Assembly: GCA_947625645.1 (NCBI GenBank)
Contig: CANQPE010000002.1
Location: 22,981-86,980 of the forward strand
Length of the DNA: 64,000 nt
Direction: 5' to 3'
DNA from: an uncultured Clostridia bacterium
Lineage (GTDB): Bacteria; Bacillota; Clostridia; TANB77; CAG-508
Of the stretch, positions 58,277 through 64,000 are shown in pieces. The translations under genes were made by a program, and so were the position numbers. The stretch's first letter is position 1. Every line of letters begins with the position of its first letter. The notes under the pieces were generated by a model, which saw nothing but the letters and a program-made list of their open reading frames with translations, was not told the origin of the DNA and searched no databases.

Positions 58277-58932
58277 AGGTATCGGCTTCTATATTGAATG
58301 TTTTACCGGGGAAAGAGACAGAAACTTTTTTAGCATTAGAAAAAGGGAAGACAGACTATTTTCATATTGATGTCATGGATGGGGTTTTTGTGGAAAAGAA
58401 CACATACGATAAAATGTTAGAAGCAGCATCCTATATAAAGAGAATATCCAATTTGCCATTAGATGTGCATTTAATGGTTAAAAATGTACCAGAAGCAGTT
58501 GATGATTTTGGAGCTTTAGCACCAAACCTGATTACGTTTCATTATGAAGCCTGCAGTTCTCCAGAAGAAGTCATGAAAGTGATACAGCAAATTAAGGGAT
58601 GGCATGCAAAAGTGGGAATCAGTGTCAAACCAGACACAGATGTTACTAAAATTTACCCATTTTTACCTTATGTTCATACTGTGCTAATTATGACGGTTGA
58701 ACCTGGAAAAGGTGGACAAACCTTTTTAAGTGACATGACACAAAAAATTCAAAAATGTCATAGCTATATACAAGAAAACGACTTAGAAATTGACATAGAA
58801 GTAGATGGAGGAATTAATCTCAAAACGGCAGATACAGTCAAAGCAGCAGGAGCTAATATATTAGTAGCAGGAACGGCAATCCTGAAAGCAGTTGACTTTG
58901 GAGAGATTATAAAAGAATTAAAAAAATCTTGA
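58270..58932 (+). CDS. rpe: Ribulose-phosphate 3-epimerase
   Basis: SILNVLPGK...HIDVMDGVFV...VDGGIN. Confidence 0.85.
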   Translation: MVEVSASILNVLPGKETETFLALEKGKTDYFHIDVMDGVFVEKNTYDKMLEAASYIKRISNLPLDVHLMVKNVPEAVDDFGALAPNLITFHYEACSSPEEVMKVIQQIKGWHAKVGISVKPDTDVTKIYPFLPYVHTVLIMTVEPGKGGQTFLSDMTQKIQKCHSYIQENDLEIDIEVDGGINLKTADTVKAAGANILVAGTAILKAVDFGEIIKELKKS

Positions 58933-58940
58933 CGTGACGG

Positions 58941-59038
58941 GGGACAATTAGGGACGGTTCTTTTTTGTCCCTCAGGAGCAATAGGGGTCAGATCTATGTA
59001 ATATTGAGGGACAAAAAAGAACCGTCCCTAATTGTCCC
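58941..59038. repeat. Palindromic repeat element copy 10, long form; it supplies the last ~14 codons and the stop of the tsaC-like gene
   Basis: gggacaattagggacggttcttttttgtccctca ... tgagggacaaaaaagaaccgtccctaattgtccc; the minus-strand reading GTIRDGSFLSLNIT* is the tsaC C-terminus. Confidence 0.85.
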
Positions 59039-59599
59039 TTGGCGTAATACGTGAGGAACGCCATCAATTACTTGTACGATGGTGGAAGCAATACCTAATT
59101 GACTATTACCGCCATCAATGATATAATCTACTTTTCCTTCAAAATGTTTTAAAATCATTTTTATATTTGTACCACTTGGTTGACCAGAAAGATTTGCGCT
59201 AGGGGCAGCAATAGGAACATTTGCATATGTAATTAATTTTTGAGCGATTTCATGAGAAGGCATACGAACTCCCACGGTATCTTGATTCGCTGTTACAATA
59301 TTAGGGACAATGTCTTTCTTTTTTAAAATCAAAGTAAGTGGTCCGGGAAAATATTTTTCCATTAATTTATATTCTACATCAGTAATATCTTTTGCAATTT
59401 GTTGAACCATTTCCATACTAGAAACTAATAGACTAATAGGCTTGTCTAAAGGGCGTTTTTTGACTTCATACAGTTTTTTAACAGCATCTGCATTGAATCC
59501 ATTTGTTCCAATACCATAGACTGTTTCTGTTGGAAAAATCACAAGTCCACCTTGCTGAATGATTTTGGCAGGGGTTTCTAAATCCATTATTGTATTCAT
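58994..59599 (-). CDS. tsaC: L-threonylcarbamoyladenylate synthase (TsaC/YwlC/Sua5 YrdC-domain protein)
   Basis: YrdC motifs (VIFPTETVYGIG, KPISLLVSS, SANLSGQPS); start at MNTIMDL after a GAAGG RBS. Confidence 0.75.
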   Translation of the reverse strand: MNTIMDLETPAKIIQQGGLVIFPTETVYGIGTNGFNADAVKKLYEVKKRPLDKPISLLVSSMEMVQQIAKDITDVEYKLMEKYFPGPLTLILKKKDIVPNIVTANQDTVGVRMPSHEIAQKLITYANVPIAAPSANLSGQPSGTNIKMILKHFEGKVDYIIDGGNSQLGIASTIVQVIDGVPHVLRQGTIRDGSFLSLNIT

Positions 59600-59766
59600 A
59601 TAGTAACCTTCTTTCATATATACTTTACCACAAAAAAGGAATTTTTGCAACGTATTTTTATGGTAAAATTATCAGTGATAAACAAAAGATCCAGTTAATT
59701 ATAGAAGCTACAAAAAAATAGCCTCTAATAATTAACTGGATTTTTGATGAATAAATCTTATGTAAA

Positions 59767-60147
59767 TTACGCGTTTGCATCTTTTATATTATCTTTTGTT
59801 TGCATTTTTAACATATCTACAATAAAAGAATTAATTAATTTTCGATGGTATAAATTTAGCTGTAAATAATTGTTAAAAAAATCTTCATCTAACGCCTTGT
59901 CTTGTTTAGAAAAATTACCATCAACTAATTCTTGAAACAAAAAATCAGCATCAATTTCTAATGTGTTGCAAAGATTAACTAAAGTAGTAACACTACCAAA
60001 AGAAATCCCTCTTTCTAATTGACTAATGTAACGAGTAGAAAGTTGTAACTTTTCAGCAAGTTGTTCTTGTGTGTAATTGTTTCGAGCTCTTGCTAATTTG
60101 ATTTTCTTACCGATGGTTTGGCGATAAGATTTTTCCTTTTCTTTCAT
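59767..60147 (-). CDS. XRE-family helix-turn-helix transcriptional regulator
   Basis: HTH IKLARARNNYTQEQLAEKLQLSTRYISQLERG; start at the ATG after GGAGGAGG. Confidence 0.6.
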   Translation of the reverse strand: MKEKEKSYRQTIGKKIKLARARNNYTQEQLAEKLQLSTRYISQLERGISFGSVTTLVNLCNTLEIDADFLFQELVDGNFSKQDKALDEDFFNNYLQLNLYHRKLINSFIVDMLKMQTKDNIKDANA

Positions 60148-60569
60148 AAAAACCTCCTCCTTTTTCGGATAGAAATGCAATTTTAGTTTTGTAAAAACAA
60201 AAGTAATACACAAACTATAGATTTTTGTGAAATTGCATTTATTTTTAATCTGTTACTTAAAGTATAACAAGTAAATGTAAAAAACAAAATGAACTAATAG
60301 TAGCAAAATAATACAAGAACTAATATTAATAACTCCAATAAACTCCATTTTCTTCTAAAAACAAAAAAATTTTTCATTATTGCTGTATAACAGTAATACA
60401 AAATCAAACATATAAAAAGAATGATACAAGTAGTATAGAAAGCAAGAAAAATAATTTTTATCTGCAAAAAAAGTTTGAATTTACAAAATAATATGTTATA
60501 CTATAACTAATTGATAAATGCTTAAGAAGAAATATAGTAGGTTAGCACAGCGAAAGGAGAAAATGAAAG

Positions 60570-61055
60570 ATGCGTATTTTAGGAATAGATCCCGGTTTTG
60601 CAATTACAGGATATAGTGTGATTGATTATATTGGCAATACATTTAAACTAATTACATCAGGAGCTATTTTGACAGAAGCAAAAACGTCATTTCCGTTACG
60701 TTTAGAAAAAATTTATGAGGAATTAACAGATATTATTACAAACTATCAACCAGAAGCGATGTCTATTGAAGAGTTGTTTTTTAACAACAATGCCAAAACA
60801 GCAATCAATGTAGCCCAAGCAAGAGGCGTTATTTTGATGACAGCCAGAATTCAAAAAGTAAATATTTTTGAATACACACCTTTGCAAGTGAAACAAGCAG
60901 TAACTGGTTATGGAAGAGCTGACAAAATACAAGTTCAGAGAATGGTAAAAATGATATTAAATGAAGAGAAATTACCAAAATTGGATGATATAACAGATAG
61001 TATGGCACTTGCAATTTGCCATGCACATTCTGCGAAATTTGCAGTAAAATTATAG
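60570..61055 (+). CDS. ruvC: Holliday junction resolvase RuvC
   Basis: MRILGIDPGFAITGYSV..., catalytic acidic residues. Confidence 0.85.
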   Translation: MRILGIDPGFAITGYSVIDYIGNTFKLITSGAILTEAKTSFPLRLEKIYEELTDIITNYQPEAMSIEELFFNNNAKTAINVAQARGVILMTARIQKVNIFEYTPLQVKQAVTGYGRADKIQVQRMVKMILNEEKLPKLDDITDSMALAICHAHSAKFAVKL

Positions 61056-61085
61056 AATAAATATAGAGGGGGGAGTAGAAGTAGC

Positions 61086-62108
61086 ATGGTCAAAATTGAA
61101 GCGCTAGAAAAACAGCTACAAAGCAAAATAATAGGAAATTTGTACCTTTTATATGGAGAAGAAGCATATCTAATGGAACAATGCGCAAAAAAAATAAAAG
61201 ACATATTTGGAGAATGCATAAAAGGAATCAATTATATTCAAATTGATGAAAACAATGTAACGCAAATCATATCAGATATAGAAACGCCATGTTTTGGATA
61301 TGAAAAAAAATTGATAGTGGCCAAAAATACAGGATTATTCAAAAAAGAGGGACGTAAAAAAACAGAAGAGATAGCAAAATTAAAAAAGCAGGTAGCCCAG
61401 TATATTAGCGAAAATATGGACATCATTAAAGAGAGTGTTGTTTTGGTATTTATGGAAGAGGACGTAGAAAAAGCAGACTTATACAAAACAATTGATAAAT
61501 TAGGGATTGTGTGTCAATTTGAATTTCAAAAACCAATGCAAATCATAGCAAGATTAAAAACAATTTGTAACAGCTATCATGTGAAAGTAGAAAATTATGT
61601 ATTGCAATATTTTATCGAAAGTTGTGGTACTAATATGCAAGAACTGATTAACGAAATACGCAAATTAATTGAATATGCGGGCGAAAATGGAACCATCCAA
61701 AAAGAAGATATTGATATGTTATGCACCAAAAAATTAGAAAGTGTCATTTTTGATTTGACAGATAATTTGGGAAAGAAAAATATTACGAAATCAATAGAAG
61801 TTCTAAAAAACTTATTATATGCAAAAGAACCCATTCAGAAAATTTTAATTACATTATATAACCATTTTAAGAAACTCTATTTAACCGCAGCAGCTGTGGC
61901 ATACAACAAAGATATTGTAGATAGTCTAGGGTTAAAACCAAACCAGACATTTTTAGTAAATAAATACAAAACACAAGCACGTTATTTTGGAGCAAAAGAA
62001 TTGAGAAATATGTTGCAAGACTTATGTGACTTAGACTATCAATACAAAAATGGCGTGATCGATATACAAATTGGCTTAGAAACAATCCTTTGTAAATATT
62101 GTGGATAA
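61086..62108 (+). CDS. holA: DNA polymerase III delta subunit
   Basis: LYLLYGEEAYLMEQ and ETPCFGYEKKLIVAKN alignable with B. subtilis HolA (YqeN). Confidence 0.7.
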   Translation: MVKIEALEKQLQSKIIGNLYLLYGEEAYLMEQCAKKIKDIFGECIKGINYIQIDENNVTQIISDIETPCFGYEKKLIVAKNTGLFKKEGRKKTEEIAKLKKQVAQYISENMDIIKESVVLVFMEEDVEKADLYKTIDKLGIVCQFEFQKPMQIIARLKTICNSYHVKVENYVLQYFIESCGTNMQELINEIRKLIEYAGENGTIQKEDIDMLCTKKLESVIFDLTDNLGKKNITKSIEVLKNLLYAKEPIQKILITLYNHFKKLYLTAAAVAYNKDIVDSLGLKPNQTFLVNKYKTQARYFGAKELRNMLQDLCDLDYQYKNGVIDIQIGLETILCKYCG

Positions 62109-62173
62109 ATGTATAATAAAACCAAATATTGATAAAAATAACAATAAAACTTATTATCAATAGGAGGTTTTTT

Positions 62174-62869
62174 ATGTTTCTAAAAAGAAAGCATATAAAA
62201 AAGGCAATTGCAATCTTATTGGCAATCACAAGTGTTGTTACAATAGCTATATATTTTCAAAATTATGCAGTAAAAGCATTATCGAAATATGGTTCAAGAG
62301 GAAATGAAGTAACACAAATTCAAACCAAACTAAAACGATGGGGATATTATAAAGGAAATATCGATGGAATTTATGGAAGCCAAACATTAGAAGCGGTCAA
62401 ATATTTCCAAAGAAAAAATGGATTAACAGCAGATGGAATTGCAGGACCAGCAACCTTAAATGCAATGGGAATTACATCATCTTCCAACAGTTCCACAGGA
62501 GGAAGCAACAGCACCAATACCAATAATGTGAATTTATTGGCAAGGTTAGTTTATGGAGAAGCAAGAGGAGAACCATACACAGGGCAAGTAGCAGTTGCGG
62601 CAGTTGTATTAAATAGAGTAAAAAGCAGTTCATTTCCCAATACCATTTCAGGAGTTATTTATCAATCAGGAGCATTTGATGTCGTATCAGACGGTCAAAT
62701 TAACTTATCACCCAATAGTACAGCCAAAAAAGCAGCACAAGATGCTATTAACGGTTGGGATCCAAGTTATGGAGCCATTTACTATTTTAACCCTTCTACA
62801 ACCACGAATAAATGGATTTGGTCAAGACCGATGACAGTAACAATTGGAAACCATAGATTCTGTAAGTAG
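62174..62869 (+). CDS. sleB: SleB-like cell-wall hydrolase with peptidoglycan-binding domain (spore cortex-lytic enzyme-like)
   Basis: PG_binding_1 (GSRGNEVTQIQTKLKRWGYYKGNIDGIYG...GIAGPATLNAMGI) and Hydrolase_2 (LLARLVYGEARGEPYTGQVAVAAVVLNRV). Confidence 0.7.
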   Translation: MFLKRKHIKKAIAILLAITSVVTIAIYFQNYAVKALSKYGSRGNEVTQIQTKLKRWGYYKGNIDGIYGSQTLEAVKYFQRKNGLTADGIAGPATLNAMGITSSSNSSTGGSNSTNTNNVNLLARLVYGEARGEPYTGQVAVAAVVLNRVKSSSFPNTISGVIYQSGAFDVVSDGQINLSPNSTAKKAAQDAINGWDPSYGAIYYFNPSTTTNKWIWSRPMTVTIGNHRFCK

Positions 62870-63013
62870 TAACGAAATAAGGGGAATTTTTTATGAAACA
62901 ATTGAATTTCAATTGAAACTTTGATATAATGCTACCAATAAAAAAGAAGCTTGGGTTATGTAGTCAATACATTGCCCATGCCTTTTCTAAATCGGGAAAG
63001 GAACGTGAGGAAA

Positions 63014-64000
63014 ATGTCGAATTTTGTACACTTACATATCCATAGTGAATTTAGTCTATTAGATGGAGCCAACCGAATTAAAGATTTACCAGTAAGAGCA
63101 AAAGAATTAGGAATGGATGCAATAGCATTAACAGACCACGGTGTTATGTATGGAGCAATAGATTTTTATAAAGCTTGTAAAAAAGAGGGAGTAAAGCCAA
63201 TTATCGGATGTGAAGTATATGTAGCCATGCATTCTCGATTTGACAAAGAACCCAATATAGATAATAAGTATTATCATTTAATTTTACTTGCCAAAAATAA
63301 TCAAGGATATAAAAATCTTAGTAAATTAGTATCTTTGGGATTTTTAGATGGCTATTATTACAAACCTAGAATTGATAGAGAGATTTTAGAACAGTATCAT
63401 GAAGGTTTGGTTTGTTTAAGTGCCTGTTTAGCAGGAGAGATTAATCAAAAACTTTTAAACGGGAAGGAAGAGGAAGCAGAAGCAGCTGCTTTGTGGCATA
63501 AAAACTTATTTGGAGAAGACTATTATATTGAAATCCAGAACAACGGCATACAAGAACAAGTCATTGCAAACCAGAAATTAATAGCTCTTGCCAGGAAGTT
63601 AGATATTCCACTAGTGGCAACCAATGACGCACATTATCTCAAAAAAGAAGATGCTTACCATCATGAAGTATTATTGTGTATTCAAACAGGCAAGAGAATG
63701 AGTGACCCAGACAGAATGCGATTTGACACCGATGAGTTATATGTCAAATCCCCAGAAGAAATGGCAAGTTATTTTGCAGGTTTCCCTGATGCAATTGAAA
63801 ATACCGTTAAAATAGCAGAAAAATGCAATGTGGAATTTGAATTTGGACATACCATTTTGCCAAACTATGACGTACCACCAGAATTTGCAACACACAATGA
63901 TTACTTAAGAAAGCTATGTGAGGACGGTTTAAAAGAAAGATATGGTACCATTACAAAAGAAATTCAAGAAAGAGCAGAGTATGAACTATCTGTCATTCAA
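63014..64000 (+). CDS. dnaE: DNA polymerase III alpha subunit (DnaE-type), N-terminal PHP domain; continues past the window
   Basis: MSNFVHLHIHSEFSLLDGANRIKDL...LTDHGVMYGAIDFYKACKKEGVKPIIGCEVYVA. Confidence 0.85.
   Translation, partial: MSNFVHLHIHSEFSLLDGANRIKDLPVRAKELGMDAIALTDHGVMYGAIDFYKACKKEGVKPIIGCEVYVAMHSRFDKEPNIDNKYYHLILLAKNNQGYKNLSKLVSLGFLDGYYYKPRIDREILEQYHEGLVCLSACLAGEINQKLLNGKEEEAEAAALWHKNLFGEDYYIEIQNNGIQEQVIANQKLIALARKLDIPLVATNDAHYLKKEDAYHHEVLLCIQTGKRMSDPDRMRFDTDELYVKSPEEMASYFAGFPDAIENTVKIAEKCNVEFEFGHTILPNYDVPPEFATHNDYLRKLCEDGLKERYGTITKEIQERAEYELSVIQ

Noticed and set aside
19007-59038. Possibility that the recurring repeats are a CRISPR array
   Set aside because: The copies are inverted-repeat hairpins dispersed over 40 kb between genes. 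They are not direct repeats separated by 30-40-bp spacers, and no cas genes are present.

Overview
Low-GC (~30%) Firmicute chromosome, Clostridium-like, judged from the spoVA sporulation genes, the type IV pilus genes and the stp-prkC-rsgA-rpe cluster. Mostly housekeeping genes, with three accessory blocks. From 5' to 3': a tyrosine integrase cut by the window edge; rnj (RNase J); gltX (glutamate--tRNA ligase); a DUF951 gene; a small Cys-rich membrane protein; a DUF4143 AAA ATPase. Next comes a Wzx/Wzy-type surface-polysaccharide locus at 7.1-18.4 kb, encoding an LCP attenuator, an initiating sugar transferase, three or four GT2 glycosyltransferases, the Wzy polymerase, a cytoplasmic beta-propeller protein of unknown function, the Wzx flippase, a frameshifted NAD-dependent epimerase and UDP-glucose 6-dehydrogenase, followed by a VanZ-family gene. 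Then engB, serS and a DUF1653 gene (all minus strand), a CaCA-family antiporter, an esterase, a RhuM/Fic-motif protein, the infC-rpmI-rplT operon with its L20 leader, and a dodecin-spoVAC-spoVAD-spoVAEb sporulation operon on the minus strand. An ECF sigma/anti-sigma module follows, with a large membrane-anchored ectodomain protein that is tandemly duplicated. Then rsmB and a complete type IV pilus locus (pilM/N fusion, pilO-like, two tandem pilins, pilD, two minor pilins, pilB, pilT, pilC). The remainder is an orphan transketolase C-terminal subunit, ftsE, ftsX, two coiled-coil M23 peptidases, ctpA, pgsA, greA, deoD, stp, prkC, rsgA, rpe, a tsaC-like gene, an XRE regulator, ruvC, holA, a SleB-like hydrolase and the start of dnaE. 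The most striking sequence feature is a family of 10 near-identical palindromic intergenic elements, 65-bp short and ~100-bp long forms, each arm reading GGGACAATTAGGGACGTATCTTTTTTGTCC. They lie between or at the 3' ends of genes; one sits inside the spoVA operon, two overlap or encode the last codons of adjacent CDSs, and they bracket the duplicated sigma/anti-sigma module and the orphan transketolase gene. No rRNA, tRNA or CRISPR arrays were seen.
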